From the IMG/VR virus record IMGVR_UViG_3300033048_000096: a stretch of 64,000 nucleotides of DNA; one strand, written 5' to 3'. The notes under the pieces are model-generated. The model was not told the origin of the DNA and did not search any database. It saw only the letters and a list, made by a program, of their open reading frames with translations. The position numbers were made by a program, and so were the translations under genes. Numbering within the stretch: position 1 is the stretch's first letter; each line of letters opens with the position of its first letter. This document shows positions 20,274 to 29,552 of the stretch, in pieces. The stretch comes from a virus.

Positions 20274-20774
20274 TTAGAACCTCAATAGTGGAGCACTACT
20301 TAATGTATTTGGGGAACTGAACGAATTGGAACCGACAGTGTCATTTAACTTGTCAGCAATTAATATAGACCCAACCGTTACTCCCACACCAGCGCCAAAT
20401 AATACCCATCTCTCAATCTTAGTTAGATTGTTCTGCCTCTCAAGAGATCTTATCCTCGATAAATCTAAGTCGTGAAGATTGCTATACTCAGACACTTGCA
20501 AATCTTTTATCCCTATTACCGACTCTAAACCAATTACTTGCTGATTTAAATTAGAATCTAACTTTTTTAACTCAAATATTATCTGACTCTTCGTTTCTAT
20601 CGACTTCTCCAATTGAGACATCTGCTCTCTAAGCTCCTGAATCTCTTCCAGTGAAAATACATAAGAATCCTCAGAAAGAACCTCTCCGGACTTCATAACC
20701 TCACTGCCATAAGCGTAAGGAGCTAACAAAGAGATAACCAAACCTGTGACTATAAACTTACTGAAGATCTTCAT
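20274..20774 (-). CDS. Secreted/membrane coiled-coil protein (spanin-like)
   Basis: N-terminal signal-like segment, coiled coil, C-terminal hydrophobic WVLFGAGVGVTVGSILIA. Confidence 0.45.
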   Translation of the reverse strand: MKIFSKFIVTGLVISLLAPYAYGSEVMKSGEVLSEDSYVFSLEEIQELREQMSQLEKSIETKSQIIFELKKLDSNLNQQVIGLESVIGIKDLQVSEYSNLHDLDLSRIRSLERQNNLTKIERWVLFGAGVGVTVGSILIADKLNDTVGSNSFSSPNTLSSAPLLRF

Positions 20775-21003
20775 CGATTACCCCAACTAAACCTATGTCT
20801 GGCTCCGGAAACGAAAACTCACTAGGAACAATTAGCGACTTTAACTCCCATAAGTCTATGCTAACTCGCTCGTCCAAAACAGTATGAGCTATCTTGACAG
20901 AAATCTTGTCATCGGAATATCTAAATATAGCCAATGCTAGCCTCTTCTTTAAACTATTTTTACTGAACTTTAAATAACTTAACAAATTACCTAACTCAGA
21001 CAT
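20758..21003 (-). CDS. Hypothetical protein
   Basis: 81-aa ORF coupled to both neighbours. Confidence 0.55.
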   Translation of the reverse strand: MSELGNLLSYLKFSKNSLKKRLALAIFRYSDDKISVKIAHTVLDERVSIDLWELKSLIVPSEFSFPEPDIGLVGVIDEDLQ

Positions 21004-21332
21004 TATAAATCCCTCTCTTTGAAAAAATTCTCAAGATCTTTTACGGATAGGTCAATTCTCTCCTCACGCTTCTTGTCCTCAAGAAACTTAATCTTCTCTC
21101 TGATCAAAGACTCCTCCTCCTTTAGGTTACTAACCATAAGAAGCTTCTCCTCGGAGTCTTCAGATAAGTTTGCTATCTCAATCTCAGAACTTACTCTAGA
21201 TAACTCATAATCCATCTTGTCCTTAGCGCTAATCTTAGATCTTATAAAGAAATATAATACAAAACTTAATATACCCAAAATAGAAGCCGCTATAGCTTTA
21301 ACCTTCATACTCATTTTGTTGAAAAAATTCAT
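21003..21332 (-). CDS. Single-TM coiled-coil protein (i-spanin-like)
   Basis: N-terminal TM AIAASILGILSFVLYFFI followed by a charged coiled coil. Confidence 0.45.
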   Translation of the reverse strand: MNFFNKMSMKVKAIAASILGILSFVLYFFIRSKISAKDKMDYELSRVSSEIEIANLSEDSEEKLLMVSNLKEEESLIREKIKFLEDKKREERIDLSVKDLENFFKERDL

Positions 21333-21335
21333 GAC

Positions 21336-21614
21336 TTAAACCTCATCTGCGTTACCAGGCTTTCCATTGTTAGGTAAGAACTTGCTGTCAGTCCATCGCC
21401 TAGATACATATGCCGTAAATGTAGCACCTAAGTATACAGCCATAACTGAACTGTCCAAAGCTTGAAGCTCAAAGCTATATTCACCTAGGTTAACCGAACC
21501 AAATGTCGACAAAAGAACATTAAAAGTTACTATAACAAATGACCACAAAGCAAATGTTAACATAGCATCTGGCTTTCCATTAGTATTTTTAATCCACCAA
21601 GTCTTATTTTCCAT
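21336..21614 (-). CDS. Two-TM holin-like membrane protein
   Basis: Start reassigned to MENKTWW (AAGGAG RBS, TGgTACAAT extended -10 upstream); two hydrophobic helices. Confidence 0.5.
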   Translation of the reverse strand: MENKTWWIKNTNGKPDAMLTFALWSFVIVTFNVLLSTFGSVNLGEYSFELQALDSSVMAVYLGATFTAYVSRRWTDSKFLPNNGKPGNADEV

Positions 21615-21630
21615 ATTAATCTCCTTATTG

Positions 21631-23643
21631 TTATTGTACCACAGGTATGTTGGATAAGTTAAAATCATAAGTGTAAACTATATCAGTCTTATCCAACCTC
21701 TTCAATGCTATAGTCTGTTTGCCAAATCTCCTGTTAAATATCTTCTCCCTACCAACACTTAACACTTCATATATAAACTCAAAATCTTCAGTAAAGTCAA
21801 ATCTCAAAATTAAATCCCGATCTCTAATCGCTGGTATCGGTGTCGTCCAACAACTAGGCTCAAACTCTTGCCGCAAATGAGACTGCTCACCAAGGGATAA
21901 ATCTTCCGATGCCTCACTATATGATACCAAAATTCTCCTATCTGTTCTTCTTAAATTATCATACTGAAGGTAACCTCCAGAATATCCGGTGCCATAACAC
22001 TCCTGACAAGACTTCACCTTAGGGCTCATCTTTCTGCTATCCATGCAAGTGCAGGTTATACCATCCCATATCCTCTTTAAAAGAATTACCGGCTCACCTG
22101 TTACACCCAACAAAACCTCTTCGCGATTTAACATTCTATCATAAAGATTGAATCCGCGGAATCCATTAAACTCACCACCAATGTAGCTGCCGCAATCAGC
22201 ACCACTCTTACCTGTTAATACCTCTTCCGGTCTCGGATCATGCCATCCGCAAAAATCAAAACCCGTGTAAAATACCTTGTCATTGTCAGAATAATCCGTA
22301 ACAACAACTCCCTCGCCATTAACAAATCTCTCAAAATCATAACCGTCCTGATATGTCGGGGTTGACATAACTATTACCGTATTCACATCAGTGCAATCTA
22401 AAAATAATTTAACCGAATCACCAGGAAGATAAAAACCAGGAGAAGTCTCCAATATACCACGCCCATTTATGCTGACAGAGAATGTATTCGTTACACGATC
22501 CAAACTGTCATACCTTATTACCTCATTACCTATTATAATTATACCAGCATTAGGGTAACCATATACAGAATCTACTGTTATAAATAAACCAGATGGCTCA
22601 ACATTAGAAATTACTGTAGATGACTCAGGCAATCTGTAAAATCCGCTGTCAACCTCCTCCATTCCTACTAAATCAAATACGTCAACCGAAACCTCCAATG
22701 ACCGGGCGCCAAATGATAGAGAAACACCAGCAGCTAAACCACTTAAGTTAGCCTCTCTTATACCAGGAAGAGAAATGTACTTTGGATTGTCAAAAACATT
22801 CAACCTAAAACTATCCTCGTAAACTATGACAAATGACTCGTTTTTATAATTCTTTTGAATAGACTCGTTCCACTCTATAAATACCGAATCACCACTGCCA
22901 ACATCAGATACGCGCTCTATGCCTTGGAAAAATCCAGAGAAACCACTCTGTGGGAATATTGGAGGCAATATTAAATCTTTTAAACTTACGCTGAAATTAA
23001 TGTCCGATATTAAAAAATTACCCGTAGTGTCAGAAATACTATAGCGGAGATTGATAGAACCATTTCTTAAGGATTCAATCGGATCTATCCTGACAAAACA
23101 ACTCGTGCCACTTATCGTTATATCAGATAATGGGCCGTTATGCTCCAAATCAACCGATCCATCCAATATGTAATTTAAGCCATTTAAAGATATTGTCACG
23201 GAATCCTTGTCTATTCCGTCAATTATATCCTCAAACTCAAAATATAAAACTTGAGGGCTAAATAAAACCTCGCCGTCATTGGGGGACGAAGTTACCAATA
23301 TAGGCTCGTTAGGTATCGTCTTAAATGAATACGTTCTGTTTAAATATACTCCAGCAAAATTACGTACCTGTATCTTTACATCATAAGCTTTCCCAACTAA
23401 AAAATTAGACTCAGGGTCAACCACAACGATAAAGTTGGCTCCTTCAGGCAATATAGATGATAAGGCTCCGTCAAATCCACTCTCAAACGATGTGCCGCTT
23501 ATTGACCTAAATCCCTTTATCTCAACTATAAGCGTAGATATATCTATGCCGGTGCCGTCATCAACTAAGGTGAACTCAACCGGAGAATCTAAAGATACTA
23601 ACTTCTCTCCCGGTGATGGGGAAATTCCTGTCAATAAGATCAT
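21631..23643 (-). CDS. Neck/head-closure protein with N-terminal Ig-like domains
   Basis: Two Ig-like repeats (SP..GE...S....F...D...GID..T/S); C-terminal GEPVILLKR..G..CTC...CQECYGTGY.GGY...P.IRDRDLI. Confidence 0.6.
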   Translation of the reverse strand: MILLTGISPSPGEKLVSLDSPVEFTLVDDGTGIDISTLIVEIKGFRSISGTSFESGFDGALSSILPEGANFIVVVDPESNFLVGKAYDVKIQVRNFAGVYLNRTYSFKTIPNEPILVTSSPNDGEVLFSPQVLYFEFEDIIDGIDKDSVTISLNGLNYILDGSVDLEHNGPLSDITISGTSCFVRIDPIESLRNGSINLRYSISDTTGNFLISDINFSVSLKDLILPPIFPQSGFSGFFQGIERVSDVGSGDSVFIEWNESIQKNYKNESFVIVYEDSFRLNVFDNPKYISLPGIREANLSGLAAGVSLSFGARSLEVSVDVFDLVGMEEVDSGFYRLPESSTVISNVEPSGLFITVDSVYGYPNAGIIIIGNEVIRYDSLDRVTNTFSVSINGRGILETSPGFYLPGDSVKLFLDCTDVNTVIVMSTPTYQDGYDFERFVNGEGVVVTDYSDNDKVFYTGFDFCGWHDPRPEEVLTGKSGADCGSYIGGEFNGFRGFNLYDRMLNREEVLLGVTGEPVILLKRIWDGITCTCMDSRKMSPKVKSCQECYGTGYSGGYLQYDNLRRTDRRILVSYSEASEDLSLGEQSHLRQEFEPSCWTTPIPAIRDRDLILRFDFTEDFEFIYEVLSVGREKIFNRRFGKQTIALKRLDKTDIVYTYDFNLSNIPVVQ

Positions 23644-23680
23644 ATCTGCTCCTCTATGATATATATAAACTAATAATATA

Positions 23681-24184
23681 TCATTGAGTTTTTTCTAATA
23701 GCTCTCTTTTCTTCTCTTCTCGGTTTTCAATCGGAATCTCGTGGTACTCTATTAAATCCTCGACGTAATCTTCCGCCTCATCAAATCCACGCTCATCAGC
23801 TTCGTACTCTATCTGATACTGAAACGCCTCAATCTCATCACCGCGATCTAAATAATCCTGCTCCTCTAATGACTCAAGACCCTTTAACTTCATGTGCTGA
23901 AGTGAATGAACCAACTCGTGAATAGCATACCTCATTATAGTCTCGAACTCCTCATCCATTAAACTCGAATTAAGCTGAATCGCAGAATCAATCGTCTTCG
24001 CTGAAGCCTCCAAATTATCAACAAACTCAAATGATATGCCATCTATAATGTCTGTTCCGAAACCATACTCCTTACATATCTCTTTCGCTATACTGTTGGC
24101 TCGTAACTCGCGCTTAACCTTAGCCAAAAGCTCTATCGTGTTCTGAAGATTAGATTTTGACTTATTTGATATTACTGTTATCAC
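23681..24184 (-). CDS. HExxH zinc metallopeptidase-like protein
   Basis: YAIHELVHSLQH...YLDRGDEIEAF. Confidence 0.7.
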   Translation of the reverse strand: MITVISNKSKSNLQNTIELLAKVKRELRANSIAKEICKEYGFGTDIIDGISFEFVDNLEASAKTIDSAIQLNSSLMDEEFETIMRYAIHELVHSLQHMKLKGLESLEEQDYLDRGDEIEAFQYQIEYEADERGFDEAEDYVEDLIEYHEIPIENREEKKRELLEKTQ

Positions 24185-24362
24185 TTAAACCCTCCTCTAT
24201 CGTTACTTTAACCAAATAACTACTCTGCCTTAATGTAGACATACGCTTCTTAGCCTCGTAAATTGCTGTCTCTAATCCCAAAATCTCAAACTCTAACTCA
24301 TTTGGAGTCTGCGGAGACTTATATCCACAATACTTAATCTCGCAAAGATCAGGATCCCTCAT
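24162..24362 (-). CDS. Hypothetical protein
   Basis: 66-aa ORF with overlapping start/stop coupling. Confidence 0.5.
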   Translation of the reverse strand: MRDPDLCEIKYCGYKSPQTPNELEFEILGLETAIYEAKKRMSTLRQSSYLVKVTIEEGLSDNSNIK

Positions 24363-24544
24363 GCACTCTCCTCTTCTTTAATATCCTCTGTAATCGAACT
24401 CTCATGATCCTCAAGATTCTCATGATGCTCTAACTCTTTCAATAACTCAAGCATTATCTTTGCCATCTTCATGTCTAACGAATGACAACGATCTTTTAAC
24501 TTCATTATGTCATACTCACTGCTCTCAAACTTCTCATTAACCAT
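24359..24544 (-). CDS. Hypothetical protein
   Basis: 61-aa ORF with GGAG RBS, coupled to neighbours. Confidence 0.5.
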   Translation of the reverse strand: MVNEKFESSEYDIMKLKDRCHSLDMKMAKIMLELLKELEHHENLEDHESSITEDIKEEESA

Positions 24545-24545
24545 A

Positions 24546-25181
24546 TTATTCTCCGCTATCTCTGGATTTTAACAAAAACTTTATCTTCTCTAGAGCCAGT
24601 ATCAAATCTGTAACTGTCTTGTTGTAATTCTCTAATAATTCACGCAACTCTATAACACGATCACTATTCACCTTCTGCAAACGATCCTCAAAATCCGATC
24701 GCAATGAATCGTTTACCTGGGTTATATTCGTCTGCAATGACTGAACTGATAACTCAAGCTTGCTAATTGAATCCTCTAGAGATTTTCTGACATACCAAAC
24801 AGGGACTCCGTCACTGTCACGAATGCTATGCCACTCCCATAAATCCTGGGTCTTCCTCTCCACCTGAGATATCTTCGTGTCAACTTCTAATATCTGAGTA
24901 CCTAACTTCTCGATATTTAATAACTCCGTCTTCTCTAAATCAACTATCTGCTCTACCATCGGTATCATAGAATTTAAACTCGAACAAGCATCCTCCTGAC
25001 GCTTCTTCATATCCTCAACTATATATAATATCTTGTCAATGTCAGAACTGTCATTAGACTTCTTCGGAGAACTCTTGTTGAATAACTGCTTCTCACGAAA
25101 CGTAATCCAAGCTATTGATATCGCCAAAAGGACTCCAAACATACCGCCCTTCTCAATTAGATATGTTATGATAAGTTCCAT
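24546..25181 (-). CDS. N-terminal TM plus long coiled-coil membrane protein (holin/spanin-like)
   Basis: Start reassigned to MELIITYL (GGGAG RBS); TM GGMFGVLLAISIAWITF. Confidence 0.5.
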   Translation of the reverse strand: MELIITYLIEKGGMFGVLLAISIAWITFREKQLFNKSSPKKSNDSSDIDKILYIVEDMKKRQEDACSSLNSMIPMVEQIVDLEKTELLNIEKLGTQILEVDTKISQVERKTQDLWEWHSIRDSDGVPVWYVRKSLEDSISKLELSVQSLQTNITQVNDSLRSDFEDRLQKVNSDRVIELRELLENYNKTVTDLILALEKIKFLLKSRDSGE

Positions 25182-25325
25182 ACGATACACTCCCAACTCT
25201 TGTGTTTGTACATTGACAAACCAAATATTATTAGAAACTAACTCTTTACTTAACTTATTCTCTAATATATAGGAACATACCGCCAATCAGCCTAAGAGCC
25301 CGCATAGAGGCCTATACAACCGAAG

Positions 25326-27104
25326 CTAAACCGCAGGCACTAAGCCTAACGAAAAAGCCCCAGAGGGCTTCTGAGGCTGCGCAATCGCTGTCTTAATTAA
25401 TATCTCCACCTTGCTAAACTCAAAATAAGGAATCCGCAACAAACCAATGCCACTATCCTCGCAAAACTTATTCTTAATCTCATCTCTACGCTTAATAAAC
25501 TCCAATGACTCCTCGGGGTTCTTCCACCAACCCTCATAATGCTGCTTGCCATCATACTCTATGCATAAATTATAGTCGGGCAAATAAAAATCAAATCTTA
25601 GACAGGCTTTATCAGCACACTCTGCGAATGTTTTCTGACAGGAAAACTCTATATTCAATTTGTTAAGAATCTCTCTTACCTTGATTTCACCCTTGCTTGA
25701 ACGGCACCCGGGGCAGCCATCGCCACTTAGATGATTGCTAGGCTTCTGCGCAAATTCCCCATGAACCTCGCATATAATGGTAACTTTAGTTTTTGAGTTA
25801 CTATAATCAACTTTCGAATAATTATATTTGGATCCATGAATCGCTTTTGCTTTCTCTGTAAAAGCTGCCGTCGTTGAGGTTCTGGAGCTAGCTGCATCTT
25901 CTCTGCTACACTTTCGGCAGCCTTTACGATCGAGATGATTGCCAGCGATTTGCTCGAATTCACCATGAGCCTCGCATATAATGGTAACTTTATCACCAGT
26001 TCTTTTGTAATCAACTTTCGAATAGTCATAACGATTTTTATGTATTTCTCTTGCCTTACTTATAAAAGTCTCGGTGTTACCAGCTTTTGACTCAGATATA
26101 CTTATGAATCCGCACTCAAAACACCCCCGGCCTAGAGCATGATATTTTGGGGTCTGGAAAAATTCACCATGGATCCCGCATATGATGACGACTTTTGATA
26201 AGGACCTAGTATAATTTACATATCTGTAATCATACCTATCTCCATGCACAAGTCTAGCTTTTTTCACGAACTCAATGGTTTTTGCTGCTTTATCTTTAGG
26301 CAAACTTTCTGCGATGCATTTACAACATCCCAAACCCACACAATGACCTTTTGGTGATTGTGAAAATTTTCCATGTACTTTACAGATTATTATAATTTTT
26401 TCTTTAGAATTATAGTTGGATTCTGAGTAGTCATAACGCTCTCCATGGGTTAGTTTAGCTTCTTTTACAAACTCAGTGGTATTTAAAAATTTATATGATT
26501 TATTTTTATTACATAATACGCATCCATATCCACTAAGATGATCGTTGGGGGTTTGTAAAAACTCACCGTGAATATCGCATATAGGAGTGACTTTTGTTTT
26601 CGAATCAATATAATCAACTTTTGAGTAATCATATTTAGATCCATGCATAGCTTTCGCTTTTTTTATAAAATCTGATGTGCTTAACCTTTTTGAATTAGCT
26701 GTCCGTTCCCGACCACATTTTCGACACCCCGACCCTGACAGATGGCGGTTTGGTATTTGCTCAAAACTACCATGCACGTTGCATATAATTGTTATCTTAT
26801 TTTTGCTGCCCGTATATATAGTTTTCGAATAATCATATTTTCCACTATGAACTGCTAAAGATTTTTGGATAAAATCTTCGGTGGTTAACTTTTTCAAGTT
26901 ACCCATTTCACATCTGCTACATAATTTGCAACCTTTTGTGTTGATATGATTATCAGGAACTTGACAAAACTCTCCATGCTTAGGGCAGATTATAGTTACC
27001 GCTGTTTTTGCGTTAATATAATTTACCATTGAATAATCATATTTACCATTATGAATAAAGTTGCTTTTCTCTATAAAACTTGCTTTTCTTGATTTTTTTA
27101 CCAT
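25326..27104 (-). CDS. Free-standing homing endonuclease: 7 zinc-binding repeats (DUF723-like) plus a Vsr/DUF559-like PD-(D/E)XK domain
   Basis: Seven F..KA..IHG.KYDYS.V.Y......V.I.C..HG.F.Q.P..H..G.GC..C repeats; C-terminal SKGE...LRFDFYLPDYNLCIEYDGKQH...RDEIKN.FC...I.LLRIPY. Start moved to 27104 because of the promoter. Confidence 0.85.
   Translation of the reverse strand: MVKKSRKASFIEKSNFIHNGKYDYSMVNYINAKTAVTIICPKHGEFCQVPDNHINTKGCKLCSRCEMGNLKKLTTEDFIQKSLAVHSGKYDYSKTIYTGSKNKITIICNVHGSFEQIPNRHLSGSGCRKCGRERTANSKRLSTSDFIKKAKAMHGSKYDYSKVDYIDSKTKVTPICDIHGEFLQTPNDHLSGYGCVLCNKNKSYKFLNTTEFVKEAKLTHGERYDYSESNYNSKEKIIIICKVHGKFSQSPKGHCVGLGCCKCIAESLPKDKAAKTIEFVKKARLVHGDRYDYRYVNYTRSLSKVVIICGIHGEFFQTPKYHALGRGCFECGFISISESKAGNTETFISKAREIHKNRYDYSKVDYKRTGDKVTIICEAHGEFEQIAGNHLDRKGCRKCSREDAASSRTSTTAAFTEKAKAIHGSKYNYSKVDYSNSKTKVTIICEVHGEFAQKPSNHLSGDGCPGCRSSKGEIKVREILNKLNIEFSCQKTFAECADKACLRFDFYLPDYNLCIEYDGKQHYEGWWKNPEESLEFIKRRDEIKNKFCEDSGIGLLRIPYFEFSKVEILIKTAIAQPQKPSGAFSLGLVPAV
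25352..25379 (-). terminator. Terminator hairpin (copy 2) inside the endonuclease 3' end
   Basis: Minus strand CAGCCTCAGA-AGCCC-TCTGGGGCTTTTT; near-duplicate of 27382..27414. Confidence 0.65.
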
Positions 27105-27110
27105 GCACAT

Positions 27111-27139
27111 ATTATACCGAAAATCCAAATTTCTGACAA
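27111..27139 (-). promoter_or_regulatory. Sigma70-type promoter, likely giving leaderless mRNA
   Basis: TTGTCA-17 nt-TATAAT, then 6 nt and the ATG at 27104; no Shine-Dalgarno. Confidence 0.75.
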
Positions 27140-27148
27140 CAAGAGCAT

Positions 27149-27368
27149 AGACTCGCTGACAACATGCCAGAGCGCAGAGATTCGCTAACATGCACAGAGC
27201 GCGGAAACTCGCTAAAGCAGGGCAGAAAAATAACAGAGGCCAGCTAACAACAAAGCAGAAAAAACAACGCAGAGATTCTCTGACAACATGCGCAGAGCCT
27301 CGCTGGAAACAGGCCGAAAATAACATAGAAGGCCAGCAGAGAAAATACCCCAGAGATTCGCTGACGCC
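27149..27368. repeat. Degenerate dispersed direct repeats (CAGAGATTCGCTGACAACATG-like)
   Basis: Copies near 27149, 27175, 27202, 27270, 27299 and 27351; strongly A/C-rich and T-poor on the plus strand. Confidence 0.7.
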
Positions 27369-27381
27369 CAAAAATTTAAGC

Positions 27382-27414
27382 AAAAAAAAGCCCCAGAAGG
27401 GCTCTCTGAGGCTG
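27382..27414 (-). terminator. Rho-independent terminator after head-tail adaptor gene (copy 1)
   Basis: Minus strand CAGCCTCAGAGAGCCCTTCTGGGGC followed by T8. Confidence 0.8.
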
Positions 27415-27422
27415 ACCGTGAC

Positions 27423-28349
27423 TTAGACTATACGACGGGCCCGTAGGTGCCGCAAACGCGTGTAGGCAGGGCTAGAACCGCCCAAATTGGTATGCGTGCC
27501 GTACCCGCGTGGTCCAGGGCGTATGCTGTTCTTGACGAACTTTAATTTTTCCCTGTACGAAGACAGCCAAGTGCCGTACGTGCTCGAAAGAAAGTCGGCC
27601 AACTGAGGCGGCTGGTAACTCACACCGCCATCAGATATTTGGAATTCCCTACCCTTTTCTACCAAACTCTGGGACGCGATCGCAAAGATAAATGAGCCTT
27701 CCACAACTAGCTGACTTAGGGTCGTTTTAATCAGATCGTCGCTAAAGAGGTATGCAGTAAAGAATGGCGTGGAATTTAGTTCGTGCAAAGCTTGTAAAAG
27801 AAAGCAGATCAATATTTCGTCCTCGAAAACGTTGCAAGCTTCGGTTACGATCTCCCCCGCGTCATCTAGGACGTAAGATCCGTTAATATCCCTTACGGGC
27901 TTCTTTCCAGTGGATCTTAGTCTTGACTTCAAATATTTCAGTAAGATATTGACACCGACAATTTCTTCTGGTGAGAAATCGAAAACAACATCATCTGCCA
28001 AACTAACCTTACCTGGGCCAGTATTAGCGGACAGCCCAGTGGATGGAGATATTACTGTAAAGATAAATGATGTAGATAACGGAGATTCATCAATCACGGC
28101 ATTCCAGTCATCTGTCCAAAGTCCAGCATCACCCAGGGGATCGACACGATAAATATATTGATATAATCCGTCGCCGAGATGATCAACATTTTCGTTTGTA
28201 CTGGCAAGTATGATATTGCCATCAAGATCGGAGATTTGTACAGAAGGAGTATCGTCGGCCATAACTTTGTCTCCGCATACATCAAAGTATTGTATTTGTA
28301 ACGCTACCTCTTGTCCTTGTACAGCAGAGTCTCTTGGATTGCATGGCAT
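27423..28349 (-). CDS. Head-tail adaptor/neck protein with N-terminal Ig-like domain
   Basis: N-terminal beta-sandwich (HLGDGLYQYIY...GLWTDDW); helical C-terminal part with F.DE.L..FL..AL..LN..P and FQISDGGVSY. Confidence 0.6.
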   Translation of the reverse strand: MPCNPRDSAVQGQEVALQIQYFDVCGDKVMADDTPSVQISDLDGNIILASTNENVDHLGDGLYQYIYRVDPLGDAGLWTDDWNAVIDESPLSTSFIFTVISPSTGLSANTGPGKVSLADDVVFDFSPEEIVGVNILLKYLKSRLRSTGKKPVRDINGSYVLDDAGEIVTEACNVFEDEILICFLLQALHELNSTPFFTAYLFSDDLIKTTLSQLVVEGSFIFAIASQSLVEKGREFQISDGGVSYQPPQLADFLSSTYGTWLSSYREKLKFVKNSIRPGPRGYGTHTNLGGSSPAYTRLRHLRARRIV

Positions 28350-28358
28350 ATTGACCTC

Positions 28359-28586
28359 TTATTTTGTGTATAGGATTTTCTTTATAGATCTGATGGTATT
28401 ATCAAACTTACAAAATTCGCTATTTATATAATCAATGGATAGCTGGGAAGCATCTTGATTTGGATCATTTAGAATAAACTCAAATCTGCCGCCAGGAAGT
28501 TTTACAGCCCTTTGAAGACTTAACCCGCTTATAACTAAAAAAGCAGCTAGAGGTAAATCTGATGTAGTAAAGGTATCTTCTTCCAT
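28359..28586 (-). CDS. DUF5659-like small protein
   Basis: FTTSDLPLAAFLV..G..L........RFEF pattern. Confidence 0.6.
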   Translation of the reverse strand: MEEDTFTTSDLPLAAFLVISGLSLQRAVKLPGGRFEFILNDPNQDASQLSIDYINSEFCKFDNTIRSIKKILYTK

Positions 28587-28625
28587 ATTGAACTCCCATT
28601 CAAAAGATCTCTAATTTATTAATAG

Positions 28626-29216
28626 TTATTCGTTGCGCTTTTTGAACATTTTACGATGAGTGTTGCAATAAGGGCTTTTTTTAGGAGCCTGCTTCTTACA
28701 GGGCTCATCATTAGGCTTAATGTAGGCGCAGTGCTTAAATTTAAATCCATTTTTCTCCGTATAAGAACTCTCCTTAATGGGCTTGGGAACTGCATCTAAC
28801 TCAACCTCTTCCACCTCTTCGACCCCTTCCACCTCTTCCACCTCTTCGACCTCTTCCACCTCTTCGACCTCTTCCACCTCTTCGAACATTAAAAAACTTG
28901 ACTCATCTCCTGACTTAATATCCTCCTCAAACATTAAAAAACTTGACTCATCTCCTAACTTAATATCCTCCGAAATCGCAGAATTCTCGGCCTTTATTTT
29001 CGCAGATAATATTCGCTCAGTTTGTATTCTCGCAGCTTCCATTTCTGACAAATCCTCTTCAAAATCATAAAAGGACTCAAACTCACTAATCTCATACTCA
29101 GATACATTGTCGACATTTCCAGTGCTGCGCCTACCGCGGTTCCCTGACAAAGGCTTATTTCTTAATGGAGTGGCTTTTATAAACTTTAATTTTTTCCTAA
29201 GCTCATCTCTCGTCAC
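28626..29216 (-). CDS. Acidic repeat protein with C-terminal C3H zinc finger
   Basis: (EEV)n tract, duplicated EDIK.GDESSFLMFEE, and C-x9-C-x9-C-x2-H. Confidence 0.6.
   Translation of the reverse strand: MTRDELRKKLKFIKATPLRNKPLSGNRGRRSTGNVDNVSEYEISEFESFYDFEEDLSEMEAARIQTERILSAKIKAENSAISEDIKLGDESSFLMFEEDIKSGDESSFLMFEEVEEVEEVEEVEEVEEVEGVEEVEEVELDAVPKPIKESSYTEKNGFKFKHCAYIKPNDEPCKKQAPKKSPYCNTHRKMFKKRNE
28803..28972. repeat. 9-bp tandem array plus 42-bp tandem duplication within CDS
   Basis: (ACCTCTTCS)n from about 28803 to 28885; AACATTAAAAAACTTGACTCATCTCC occurs twice, 45 nt apart. Confidence 0.7.
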
Positions 29217-29403
29217 AACTATCCTCCTTAATAATTCTCTTTATATCTTTAATTAAAATCTTTACCCAAACATCCCTGCCGAAATTTAATATATTTAAAT
29301 AATCCGAAGGTGTAATGTACTTATTACAAGATATGTAACTCAGGCTTCTCTTGTTATAAATGTTCGCAGCCTTAATAAGCCTCTTTTCTAAATCATCTGT
29401 CAT
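29203..29403 (-). CDS. Hypothetical protein
   Basis: 66-aa ORF with GAGGAG RBS. Confidence 0.55.
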   Translation of the reverse strand: MTDDLEKRLIKAANIYNKRSLSYISCNKYITPSDYLNILNFGRDVWVKILIKDIKRIIKEDSCDER

Positions 29404-29552
29404 TTACAATGCTCCTCATCGATAATCCTCTTTACATATTCCGGCCAGGTCTCTATTTCAAAGTCCATTGCGATAAAATTCTGAGGGCTAATTTTATATA
29501 TTTTATTATACTTCGCCTGACACTCCTAAAAAATCAGACTCGTTAGCTTTAA

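Noticed and set aside
27149-27368. Possible CRISPR mini-array
   Set aside because: Repeats are degenerate, spacing is irregular and too short, and no cas genes are present.
27105-27426. N-terminal extension of the 685-aa ORF and the plus-strand ORF 27190..27426
   Set aside because: Both are open only because of the biased repeat tract; a consensus promoter points to ATG 27104.
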